DNA from: Eledone cirrhosa
Lineage: Eukaryota
Reading direction: 5' to 3'
Assembly (NCBI GenBank): GCA_964016885.1
Contig: OZ024740.1
Coordinates: forward strand, 405,356,001 to 405,420,000
Length of the DNA: 64,000 nucleotides
Position numbers and translations under genes: made by a program. The notes beneath the pieces are model-generated. The model was not told the origin of the DNA. It made no database searches and saw only the letters and a list, made by a program, of their open reading frames with translations. Shown one piece after another: positions 52,141 to 64,000 of the stretch. Positions within the stretch are counted from its first letter, which is position 1. Each line of letters starts with the position of its first letter.

Positions 52141-53759
52141 GATCACGGTATTTTAACAGATATTTATCATGAAATACAGAGTTATGGTACCAGCATATTT
52201 ACAAAAGAGCATATTTTAACAATATCCTGGCTGACATTCTTTCTAATCAGCCCTGATAACTACTTCAACTAACTAGTTGGGTCAAAACTTCAAATGCAGT
52301 AATAAAAAGTTAAATAAACATACACAAACAAACAAAAATTTTGAAATGGAATGTAATAACTAGATCTACATTGAGTTTGATTGCTTTTTTGGCAATTTTG
52401 TTCCTTAATTTCAACTCTTCTTTCATTTTCCTTTCCTTCCAATATATTCCAACAACTAAACAGAGCTTAACCTAATAAAAACGTGTTAACTATTCCAACA
52501 TTACATGTACAAAGCATAGAAGCTCAGTACATGCTCTTTAAATTATGCTTTATTTCTATTTTTATAAATTGCATTTACATATTTTTTCTTACTGGAACTA
52601 AATAATTACATACACACAAAAACACATATGCATACACACACATACAAATAAGAGATAGTCATACATGCATATAAATAAATAAATATATCCTAGTACCAGA
52701 AAAGTAGAGAGTGAATGGTGAATTAGTAGTTCATAGAGTTGTGAAAACTAAGAAACAGGCCTGAAAAGAGTAGAGGAGTTAGGGAGGGAAGTAAAGGATA
52801 CTACTAACAGTTATCTAGAAGAGAAGTTAGATATCAAGTATATACAACAAGTAGGGAAGTTAAAAGTAAGAAGTTTGTCAGTGTTCTAGACTGTGAGGTG
52901 TTAGAAGTATGAGGGTACCAGATTGCAAGGCAATGTGTCAGTTAAAACCAGGACAATTTGGAAGAAACATTCTTACAGTATGATAGTAGTGCATTTGCCC
53001 TGACTGACACTGAGAAGAAAAATGATGGAAATAATACTACAAGTTGATGGAAAGAATGTGTGGAAAAAGAGCAGCTACCCTAAGTGGATTCAGCAGAAAG
53101 ATCAGCTACTGAGTGTGACTATTATATGGAAGAAAGGGCCATTAACGCTTTTGTTCTCATGTTTCTGATTAAAGACACTGCCTATGATTTTGGAAATAAA
53201 AATTTGGAGGGATTCAATAATATAACTAACTTTCATTAAGTTCTTACATAAAATTATGATGGGAGGTTTATAGATGAATATGAATACCTTAAAACAAAAC
53301 TATTATCATAGAATTAGGGGCAATTTCAGGTGGTTTGGTATCAAAAGGGTTATGGATAAGAAAGCAAGGAAAACAGCTTGATAATTACTGAGAGACATAT
53401 GATCATTACTTTGCATAGTCAATGATGAAGTGGATGGAGATGTTATCCCCATGCTTGGCATGGCAGCATCCTTAACTGCTACAAGGGTGAATAAAATTCC
53501 TTAGGGAGAAATAACTAGAGACATTAAACTAATGGATTAAGGCATAAAAATGACAAAGAGAGTTGTAACAATTTTATATGAACAATGCAGTCTTAACAAC
53601 AGAAATGGTTAGTGAATTATGAATTTCTACAATCAGTGCTGGTAACTATTGCTATAGATGAACCTCTGTCAGTTCCAGTAATAAGTGTTCCAGTTGTTTG
53701 ATTAACAAAGCAGCCCATTCATGAAATTAATGTGCAAGTGGCTGAGCATTCCACACACA

Positions 53760-53977
53760 TGTACACAGAGTAATTCTCAAGGAGATTCAGCATGACACAG
53801 TGTGTGTGACAAGGTTGGTCCTTTGAATTACAGGTATAACTTATTTTTGCCAGCTTAGTGAACTGAAGTAACATGAAATAAAGTTTCTTTTTCAAGGACA
53901 GTGTGTCATTGGGGATCGAACTAATGACCTTACAATCATTAGATTAACACCCTAACCATGAAGCGATGTGTCTTCAT
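53760..53977 (-). mobile_element. tRNA/CORE-like SINE
   Basis: Reverse complement resembles the 23486 head and CORE-like body; another copy at ~56830-57098. Confidence 0.6.
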
Positions 53978-54317
53978 ACTACTACTATAAACACTCTTGT
54001 AAACTACTATTGTCACAGTTTGTCAGTAGATGTCAATGGAACTGTACTGTAAATGAATTAAAACTTGATTTAAATTGACCTTCGTGTTGAGTTATTTACA
54101 TTTGAATTAAATTCACAAAAGTTACAATAGCCAGTGTGGAATGTGGACTATGACCTGTGTTACTGTCAGCTACAGAGGCTTCATGAAACATTGATTGCTT
54201 GTTTTTGTTAGGTATAAAACTACAAAGAACTAGACTGAAAAGAATTTAAATCAGAGAGAATTGTGTTGAAAACAATGATAAAGACTGAAATAAATCATAT
54301 ATATAAACAACACTTAC

Positions 54318-54433
54318 ATTTGCTTATACAAAATACATGTGTTGTATAAAAAGATCACCAGTTCAATGATTGAATTCCTTATTGGTCTGATTTTCTGTAA
54401 TTCTTGTAAGATAATCTTGTCAATGAATGACAT
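54318..54433 (-). CDS. IRE1/RNase L-like gene, exon (KEN core)
   Basis: tttcag|MSFIDKIILQELQKIRPIRNSIIELVIFLYNTCILYKQ+AT|gtaagt; 116 nt, phase 0 to 2. Confidence 0.88.
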
Positions 54434-56096
54434 CTGAAAAGGTTATATTTGAATAACTAATATTAATTATTTAAAACTGATACTATTTTGTAAAGAAAAC
54501 ATATGGCAATTTGAAGTTATCCAAATATAACTTCTAGAATTTATTTTTAAATCCAATAAGGGGGAAAAGCAAAATCCACCCTAAAAGGTTTTGAACTTGA
54601 AACAATAAGCTACTGAATTTGTTTAAATCACAGTAACTAGTATAATGCTTCTCTGATATAGCCACCTACACATATTTAAACATTTAAATACAGTGTTTAT
54701 TATAATTCTTATCTTTTACCCAGAGCTAAATTAAGTTCAGAAATAAATCTGGTTTTAATTAAAAGTTGGTGTAGACATTTTTTCCTGATTTTATCTATGA
54801 TGACAGGCTTATTAATAAATTTTTCCTATCAATAAATTTCACTAAATTTATTAACATATGTTGTTGGTTTTTTCTTTTATAGTTTAATTAATCACTAATT
54901 GTCAATGATTTCAGTAGCAGAATTGGACAATATCTAGTTCAAAACAAGAAGCACAATTCTTTTTTACACAAATCCTTTGCTGGTAAATACAGACAACACA
55001 ATAGCAGTAGTGTGGTCTGTTTTCTTTGCTGAGATAATACTTCATATTTCATTTGCTTTGATAGGATGCTCTAATTCAAAGACAACTGCCCTTCTATATG
55101 TTAAAGAGTTCTTCAATGTTATGTCTTTGGAATGCCGCTAAGCACGTTGTCCGCTAAGCATGTTGTTCAACACTCTACCGATTCTGCCTTGGTAACTTAC
55201 AATGAATTAAGTCCATTGTCAGTAATCAATATTTGATGAGGAAATTTAACATCTGAAAATTGATTCTAATTTGAACTCACCATAATGCTTTCTAACAATA
55301 TCTCCAAGAGGTCTGCAAGGTCTGCTGAATAAGACCTGATTTAGGATTACATAGCAACCACCTAGAGACATCTGGTGATATACTGGAGAGTTAGCTATCT
55401 TACCATGCTGGCACCAAGTGTTGTATATAGGTAGTCACATGCTAATCACACATATAGTCAGTCCCTGTGCCAGGTTGGGTGCTCAGAAGAAGACTTCAGA
55501 ACATTCTAGCTCTCTAATTCAAGGAACATATTTTTACAAACTATATTTTCTAAATCTAAAGGTGCACCATTGGAAACTGTGGGGTGGGGTAGTACAGGAT
55601 GATCTCATACCCAGTGACTAGTGTGGAAGCATCATTGTCAACTGCTATAGGTGCACTAGATAAAAAAACAAACTACAGAAGTATTAAGATGATTAACCAT
55701 GTCATTAAAGTTACTGAAAGGGTTATAGCACAACTGCTTGGTTTGCATATTTTTCACATTTTGCATATAAGATTGTATATCATCATCATCATTATTTTTA
55801 TGTTGGCATTTCCGTGCTAGCATGGGTTGGATGAGACTGTTTGAGATAATGTTTTACAGCTGAATGCTCTTCCTCACATCAATCCTTTTAGTCCCTTCTT
55901 ATGAAATGCAGGGATAATCGATTATTATTCTTAACCATATACACACAGAGATCCATATACACACAGAGATCCAGATACACTCCAAACATATATTGATATA
56001 ACATAACATATGATGAACTTTGAATGATACACATACACATTTAATACATCACATAATTGCACAAATATGGCCTATAAATAAAGGATGAAAGCTTAC

Positions 56097-56166
56097 CCAA
56101 TTCTTAAAATATCCAATTGTGTCACAAATACTTAGACAGTATAAGATGCTGCCTTCTGTGGTGTAG
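56097..56166 (-). CDS. IRE1/RNase L-like gene, exon
   Basis: aag|C YTTEGSILYCLSICDTIGYFKNW|gtaagc; alternative in-frame acceptor would start the exon at 56172; phase 2 to 0. Confidence 0.75.
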
Positions 56167-56537
56167 CTTTTCCTCATTAAAAAATATAAAAAATATCCAT
56201 GTATATTAACTTCAAAACATTTTGATACAATGGAAATTACTTTACAGTGTCAGTAAGTTACTAGAAAGAATTTCAAACAAACTCTAACATTACTATTTCA
56301 AGTTTTAAGTTCAGTATAACAGCAAAAGAGAGAAAAGATGAAAAGTTACAGCAGTTATAGGATCAAATCTTTCAATAGATATCCATAATCCATGAGACTG
56401 TGACTTTTAGATAAGATGCATTACTTGCCTCACTCTATGTAACTAGAAAGTCTATATTGGTATCATTTCAAGATAGAAATGACATTGAACTCTTAAGCAG
56501 TTATTCCAATAATATCTTATAAGATGGTATAAAATAA

Positions 56538-56720
56538 TATAATTGTTTCTACTTTTGGCACAAGGCCAGCAATTACCCAGTGCATTACTGGTACTTTATT
56601 TTATCGATCCCGTAAGGATGAAAGGCAAAGTTAACCTCGGCTGGATTTGAACTCAGAATGGCAAGGACCGTAACTCTATGCGTCAAAGCATGGCGTCCGA
56701 CCCTCTACCGATACTGCCAT
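56538..56720 (-). mobile_element. Deu-like SINE (intronic)
   Basis: Reverse complement of 25158-25355. Confidence 0.8.
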
Positions 56721-57532
56721 AATATAATGAGTGACTCAACTAGATAAACCATATCATCATGGTTAATTCAATTCCTGTTATCATCAACACAATCATTGAT
56801 TTATTAATCAAACATATTAAAGTTAAAGTCTGTCCCAAGTCCAGAGGCTCATCAGACCAGAGTTTATCTGAATTTCATTGGTATTAAACAACCAAGAGTG
56901 CATGACTTCTCTCTAGATAGGACACCTGTTTGTCACAAAGCTAACCATCATAGGCTGCTATTGGTACTCCTTTAATACAGTTAAGTGCACTGAAATGAAG
57001 TGTCTTGCTTAAGGACATGGGCCACCCAGTTTAGGAATCAAACCTACATCCTTAAGAATGATGGTCCAACATTCTAACCACTAGACCATGCACCTTCATA
57101 TCACCATGGTTAATTTAATTCCTATCATCATCAACATCATTGATGTTCATGTTCAACAATATTAAAGTTCAAACCTGTCCCAAGTCCAGAAGTTCATTAA
57201 ACTAAACAGTAGGTGGTCTGGGCTTGACATTACTGAACTTTCAGCTTTTTGTTGTTTAATTCAAGGTCAACTATGGTCAAGCAGACCTATGATTAAAGAT
57301 ATTCCAACTATGACCATCCCCTCTTTTTATTTTTTTAGACATAGGTTATCTAGAACTACATTATCAAATGCATCCTCTTGTCAATATGATGATAGTGTAG
57401 GCTGTTGAAAAACATGGCTGTTGAGAAAACCCACAACTTTCAGATTCAAAAATGCCAACATAAGAACAACACAAGTTATCCTGTGCTGACTTACTTTCCC
57501 TAACTCTTCTTTTGCTGAAATGATTTTATCTT

Positions 57533-57744
57533 TAACCCTTTAGCATTTAAATTACTTTATATTTACTATTGTATTTTCATGGTAAACACTTTATTTCACA
57601 TAATTATCTCATAATATCTCATATTATTTATTTTGTGAACAATACCTTAACATCAGTATAAGTGTTCAGTTATGGCCGGTTTGAACAGAAAGACATAAGC
57701 GCATTCTGGCCGGATATGGCCGGTTTAGATGCTAATGGGTTAAA
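57533..57744. mobile_element. piggyBac-like MITE
   Basis: ttaa-ccctttagcat ... atgctaatggg-ttaa. Confidence 0.6.
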
Positions 57745-58056
57745 TATTAATGACTAAGATAACATTCCAACGTCTTTGTTATTATTTTTAACATTTAATG
57801 TCCTATTTATATTGCTGTAACCCTCTGATAAAACACTATTTTCTACATTTTCCACACAGTTTCAAGCAAACTACAACACCCTCTTATGGCTATTATTTCT
57901 AGTACGTCAAAGAGTCATCTAAAGGTTTTTCATTGATTTGTTGTTCAGTGTCCTATCAACTAAGCCTTATATACTCCCAGTCTTATAATTATTGATATTA
58001 TTTCAGAAAATGGAAAATAATGGCTGGTTGATTCAAATAGAACTACATCCACTTAC

Positions 58057-58140
58057 TGTAATATCAAAGCATTTAGTATATCACTTCCAACAGTTAACAA
58101 GAACTGAAGTTTCCGCTGATTTGACCAAAAGTAAGGATGC
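58057..58140 (-). CDS. IRE1/RNase L-like gene, exon (kinase end / KEN start)
   Basis: aatag|G HPYFWSNQRKLQFLLTVGSDILNALIL+CA|gtaagt; matches the IRE1 HPFFW...LQF...VSD pattern; phase 2 to 2. Confidence 0.9.
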
Positions 58141-59406
58141 CTATTTAAAAAGAAAACATAATGAAAGTACTTTACAGAATATACAAGCAGTGCCTAGTAG
58201 TGTTACTTTTCTGTATATTGTCATGAAGTTTTAGTTATATATTTATCAGTATCATCATCATTTAACATCCATTTTCCATCCTAGCAAGGGTTGGACAGGT
58301 CTTCACAGACCAAGTCAGTACTCAAGCAGGGCTACTGACCTCTCAGATGGGCTAGGGACCCATGTCTTGCTTACATACAACCCTAACAAGTACATTTTAT
58401 CAAAACACCAGTACTAGGGAGATTTTCATGTCTTTGACACAACTGAAGAGTCCTCCCAACCCTTTGTTTGTCAAGCTTTTTATGGCTGGATGCCTTTCCT
58501 ATCACTAACCAATTTACAGCATGTACTAGGTGTGTTTATCATGTAGATCACCAATGCTAATCTCCAAGTTTAACAAAACAACATACTCAATAACTAAAGG
58601 TCCATAACTTGGCTTTCTACAACCTACAAAAGCTTAACTGCAATATCGCAGAGATTGAGTAAACACCTGGAAAAAAAAATGTTTCCAGAAGAGAATAAAG
58701 GATGCTGCAAAAATCAATCAGTTACTGATCAACAAAGCCATAACTGAAGACTACAGAGAGAAATAACAATCTTACATTGGCATGGATTGACTATGAGAAA
58801 GCCTGTTAAAGTGTTTCAGACATGTGAATCTTGTAAACACTAAAGATGGTTTCACACATATCATGAGTGGTAAACAATTCTGCTGATACAGACAACAGAG
58901 GGGGCTATAACATCTCACCCTACTCTAATCTCTTTTTATAATTCCTAAAGCTTTTATATTTATAGGATTGCTTTAGTTTTCAAACTTCACATTTTCCAGC
59001 AAAGCAGTCTATCACATAAGTAGTTGAGCAAGAATGACATTTTCATGAAAAAATATTCACTGATTAGGCAATTTAAAATAATGACATTGAAAAGTTTCAT
59101 AGGGATACTTTCTACCTGATAAATATATAGTTAAATGCAGGCTAACATAATTTAGTGTATATATAATATATATGTTTATCTGTATTAGTAAGTTTTCTGC
59201 CAAATTTTCGATTGAGTGGTTAGCACACAAAAACTACCTATGCTAAGATAGAATAGATATGAAACAGTAAAGAAAAAAAGCTCAATTTGTCTTGAAGTAT
59301 GAAATAGGTTTCCTTTACAAATTAAATATCAAATTACCAAATGAGACTAAACATAATCTAAGAGATTACAGTCTCTTTAACTTCAGAGTAAATGAACATT
59401 ACATAC

Positions 59407-59600
59407 TTTAATACTTCATTTGCAGTTGGTCTTTCATCAGGAACTGCTGACAACATCATTGTTATAATGTCACTTGCTTCCAAACTTAGATTGCATAGCT
59501 GCTTTTCATGTAAGATGATATTCAGTGGTATTTCTGAAGAAGTTTTACCAAATGGGTGATGGCCTCCACTTAGTATGAAATAGGCAACCATTCCAGCAAC
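59407..59600 (-). CDS. IRE1/RNase L-like gene, exon (kinase subdomains IX-XI)
   Basis: gtag|VAGMVAYFILSGGHHPFG...MMLSAVPDERPTANEVL+AA|gtatgt; 194 nt. Confidence 0.92.
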
Positions 59601-59699
59601 CTACATAATCAATATAATGATTATAACACCTGGGTAAATTTTGTAATTTATATGTGTGTATGTTAGTTGCTTTCTTTTTTGTTTTATGTTGTTTTTTTT

Positions 59700-59955
59700 A
59701 TTATCATTGTTTGCCCATGGAGAGAAGGGCAATGCCCGTGATATTTTCAGGGCCTTTGAGACTTATTGAGTTGTGGTGCACCTGGGCACTGTACACAATA
59801 TTTCATTATTGTTATCATTATTATATCATGACTCATACACTGTTCATTTTCCTGACATTTGTACATTATTCTATGTACTATACATGCACCTTTGATGAGT
59901 TGTAGTGCACCTGAGCACTGTACACAATAATTTCATTATTATTATTATATATTAT
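59700..59955 (+). mobile_element. CR1 3' UTR fragment
   Basis: gagttgtagtgcacctgagcactgtacacaataatttcattatt terminus, partly duplicated. Confidence 0.75.
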
Positions 59956-60453
59956 TTTGAATACTTGCAACAGAGTAGACTCTGCTAAAGGAAACCAAAA
60001 GTCAGGTGGAGGTGGTGATGGTAAACAGGGCAACAAATTAAATCTACCATCCAAGTAGATGACAGCAGGATTTGAATTCAGAATTCAAAGAGCCACAACA
60101 AATACCACAAGGCACCTAATTTGAGGCTCTAACAACTCTATTAGTTATTATCATGAATGTAGTACTGATTACTAAACTACCTACTGAATAGATAGAAATG
60201 GAGTTAACATTCCACATCTGGAGTAGGCTTATAACAAGCTTGGCATAGACCATCTTATAGCAAGTAATAAAAAGAAAGAACAGAATGAATTCTCTTAATT
60301 AACATCTGAAAAAGCCATAAACATCATTCAGTTTTATTTTCTTTCATTGAATTTCACAATCACAATCAAAATACATACCTCATCATATATCTCCCTATAA
60401 CTGTATTTTAATTATCTAATTAACATTTGTGAGGGAGGCATTTACGACCATAC

Positions 60454-62280
60454 TTAAATATGGAATGATACACGATGGAGCCCCTCCATAGCCCCGGCGG
60501 TCAGAATGGAGAAGGCGTTTCTCTGGAGGACGGCAAGGGAGACGCGCTGGAAAAGCCACCCCAAGTCGCGAGGCTCACACCTACGGCTGGCCAGCTCAGC
60601 GTCTATGGTGGTGAACAGGGAGGTAGCCCTAGGGCCAAGGACACCAGAAGTTTCCACTGCCAGGGGTACAGCCGCAAACCTGTCGGAGAGCAACCAGTAT
60701 TTGAGGAGTTTAGCCTCCTCAGCCCTACGTGCAGCAGAACCCGGGTTAGTCGCAGACTGCACCAAGTTGCGGCTGCAGAAAGTGTCGGTGTAAGTGGCAT
60801 CCCAGACGAGGGGTTTGCCACCGCAGAATGGGAAGATGGTCATGCCATCTGGCCTTTTGCCTTCCCCTCGGTCCAGCCCCACCGGCTCGAGCTGGGAAGG
60901 GAAGCCCACAGCGTCCAAGCCATGCTTCATGACCTCGTTGAGGGCAGCATGGCGTGGAAGGCGGCCGGCACTGTGGAGACAGGAAAGCGGGTGGAGGACA
61001 AAAGAGTCCACAGTGGATCCGTAGTGACATTGGTGTGGCTCGCGTGAGCCTGTCTGAAGCCAAGCTGAACTGGATGGCATCCCAAGTGCTTTGGGGGAAC
61101 TTGACGTCGACAGGGGGAGAAGGAGGAGGAACATCTACTGGACTAAGTCCCAGCCAGTCCCACGTCTCACAGGTGGCCTCACGTTCTCTGAACACAGAGG
61201 ATTCTATTGTGTTTAAAAGAACCCTGCTGATGAGTACGCGGCACAAGGTTACCGACGAAAGAATCGCAGGCAGAGCCAGTGAGATCGGGGACGGAGGCCA
61301 AGGCCGCCATACCTGACAGGTAAAGTGGCCTGTTGCCATCCAATGTCATTAAACTTGACGTTGCATATCTCCTCGGCTGGTGCTTGAATACAAGTATTGA
61401 GGTCAGTGAGGAGAGATGTGTGGGTGTAGCACAGAGCGCTGCCAAGGGTATAGAGGAGCTTCAGCATAGCGAAGCAGTTCTTCAAACAGAAAGAGGGCTG
61501 GGTGGCCGTTGATCAGGCCCAGTCGGCTCATGCGAGTCTGGAGTTGTTGAAGCCTAAACCTGATGGTGGAGCAGATAGCCGGTGGGTGGATTGGTGACCC
61601 AAGGATGAGGACATCCTTTTTGGGGTTCATCTGTACCTGGTGGAGAATGGACCGCACGTCCGAGATGGAGGCTGCAAAGTTCTCAGCATCGTGGCTGACA
61701 TTCACCACCTCCGACTTGGCCAAGTTGACCTGGAGGCCAATTCCCACCAGGGCAGGAACCATCGATTGTAGGTCATGGCAGACAGTCGGTACGGGCCCGC
61801 TCAATGTAGTATCATCCAGATACCAAACATTGAGAGGGGCCGTGATACTACGGGCGATGTGGTCTATACCAAGGGCAAACAGGAGGGGACCCAAAGGGTC
61901 GCCCTGTTGGACCCCAGTGGCCGAAGGTATGACCGTATCAGCACCAAGGAGCATGCTCGGGGCTCCATACGACAGGTAGGCCAGCTGGTAGGCAGAGGGG
62001 GCTCGGCTGAGGCAGGCATCAAGCAGATGGTCCCGGCATAAGCAGTTGAAGGCATTCCTCATGTCAAGCTTGACAATGAGATGCCTAGAGTCCCTGGATG
62101 CCGGTTCCGGTGGGCAGCTGTTGAAGAACTGCCTGGTTGCATGTGCGGCCCCCTCACAGCCACTGGACACGCTGACACCCAGTTGCACCGGACTGAACTC
62201 CTCACCCAGTCTGGGTGTTATGGACCTGCAGACCGCCTTGTCAGCCAGCCTCTGGAAGACATTGCCCACAGTGATTTTGT
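60454..62280 (-). mobile_element. CRE-like non-LTR retrotransposon (RT + restriction-like endonuclease), frameshifted, intronic
   Basis: KLDMRNAFN, GVQQGDPLGPLLF, WYLDD, LPVRYGGLGL, RHAALN, KRPDG..WDAT.TDT..E.AK..KY; GC-rich relative to flanks. Confidence 0.88.
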
Positions 62281-62347
62281 ATATCATGGTTTGAAAATAT
62301 GTATGTATATGTTACAGGGTTTACCATATAACATATACTATATATAA

Positions 62348-62568
62348 TGGTTTCTGTTTTAGGAACAAGGCCAATCATTTTTTGGTAGTGGTAAGTTGAA
62401 TAAATCAGCCTCAGTGCATTACTGGTGCTTTATTTTATCGACCCAGTAAGGATGAAAGGCAAAGTTAACCTCGACAGTATTTGAATTCAGAATGTAAAGG
62501 GGCGTATTTAATATATGCTGCAAAGCATGTTGTTCGACGCTCTACCGATTACTGTCAATCTACCAATA
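62348..62568 (-). mobile_element. Deu-like SINE
   Basis: Reverse complement of 25158-25355. Confidence 0.75.
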
Positions 62569-63019
62569 TAATGAGTGATGATTGTAGAGCAGCAGAGAAG
62601 GCTGAGAAGAACAAAAATGTAAATAGTTCAGTGGATGAATAAAGTATCACTCACTGAATTGCATTGCATGATGGGAATTGAAAGAGTGAGGGGTGTTATG
62701 ACAGGGAAAGGAATGAGATATTGGAGTCATGTGTTAAGGAAGGATGAAAGTGACTGGATGAGAAGAGCAATGGAAATTAATATGGAAGAAAGAGAGAATG
62801 AGGAAAACCAAGAAAGACATGGATAAAGATGCTAGAGGAGGAAATATAAGTTAGTGAGAGATGTAGATGATAGGACAAAATGGAAAAGCTTGCTATGGGG
62901 CTTGCAACTCTAACTCCTCCTTTAGCAAGGAAGATAACCTTAACAAACTGCTTCTTGTCATACAGTCACTCCAATACATAGAATTTCTATGAAAGCCATT
63001 ATAATAGACTACCACTTAC

Positions 63020-63099
63020 CTGTATATCAGATTTGATTGAAAACTTTTGGCCGTCGCATGATCGAAGAAACTCTGATGGCTGCCAACATTTCTGATTAT
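63020..63099 (-). CDS. IRE1/RNase L-like gene, exon (kinase subdomain VIII-IX)
   Basis: ttccag|AT NQKCWQPSEFLRSCDGQKFSIKSDIQ|gtaagt; joins the next exon to give SDIQVAGM. Upstream exons were not found in the window. Confidence 0.88.
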
Positions 63100-63810
63100 C
63101 TGGAATGAATAATAAAATACAATCTATAAATTGTGATATAAACAATAATTTGTTTTTCTATATGTTAGAAAGTGGGAATGTTTCAAGTGAGAGGTGTTAA
63201 AAGTTTCAACCAATTCCCTTGAAATACTCAATAATATTGTGTCTTTGTCACTCACATCAATCAATTCTCTTGTAGATATCAAGAGTCTATGGGAATGCAA
63301 CACCCTATAGAAAGCTTGTTACTACTATAAATGGTTTCAAAATAAGTATGTATACATGTGTGTGTGTGTGCATATGAATATATGTATATGTGTGTGCATA
63401 TGTATATATATATATAATATGCATATATATATGTGTGCATATGTATATACATATATATGTGTGTGTTTACACATATATGTATGCATATGTATACATGTAT
63501 GCATGTATTGACTACTCTACAATTGTAGCCATTACTCAGAAATTTATGCCAGTTTGTAACACATTTGTTCACAACATTTGTAAGGTGGCATGTATCTTAA
63601 ACTTTCTTTCTATAGACATGTCTATGTTTGTTTACATTCAGCCCAGTAGGCTTTCATTTTGCTGTTTTAGTTTGCATTGTATAACTTATTCTTATACTGG
63701 TATTTAAATACGATACGTTCTTTTAATTATTTATTAAATTGGATTGCTGAGTTAAAATGTCGTATTTCTCAGTGGTGTACAGTTGACATTTTTTTGCTCT
63801 GCTTATGTCT

Positions 63811-63820
63811 GTTGCTACTG

Positions 63821-63851
<31 letters not shown>

Positions 63852-63853
63852 AC
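63811..63853. repeat. (CTA)n microsatellite
   Basis: Directly visible. Confidence 0.9.
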
Positions 63854-64000
63854 CATTGATGTTTTTGTTAGTGTTTTTGATATTGTTTATAAATAGCTTC
63901 AAGCAACTCAACTTGAGCAAACCTCTGGCATATTGGTAGCCAATTGAATAGGTGTTTAATATCCCAAAATTCAACAAAACTAAATGTTGTACAGTGTTAT

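Noticed and set aside
59358-59591. Stand-alone 77-aa kinase ORF, or a canonical IRE1 call
   Set aside because: It is one internal exon read into the intron. A gene symbol is withheld because the RNase motif and activation segment diverge from true IRE1.

Overview
Repeat-dense animal genomic DNA, most likely cephalopod (octopus-like). That is an inference from the (TA)n/(TG)n tracts, RTE LINEs with (GAT)n tails and tRNA/Deu-type SINEs. The left ~30 kb is a train of retroelements separated by long TA-rich microsatellites: several RTE LINEs (one with an intact 1081-aa EN-RT ORF carrying a PHD finger), a CR1 fragment, a Ty3/Gypsy element and a Penelope-like GIY-YIG element. All the long elements there lie on the minus strand. 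The middle holds a CR1, a Tx1/L1 element with a 17-bp TSD, degenerate RTE and CRE-like elements, SINEs and MITEs. The right end (50974-63099, minus strand) has six exons, which I spliced by hand, encoding the C-lobe of an IRE1/RNase L-type kinase plus a KEN domain whose RNxxxH catalytic motif is degenerate. The ORF track misses three things: several type I hammerhead ribozymes in small Penelope-like, foldback or retrozyme-like units; a Gypsy primer-binding position complementary to its own LTR (candidate self-priming); and the apparent pseudo-RNase gene. Most listed Y/I/C/V/H/T-rich ORFs are microsatellite artefacts.
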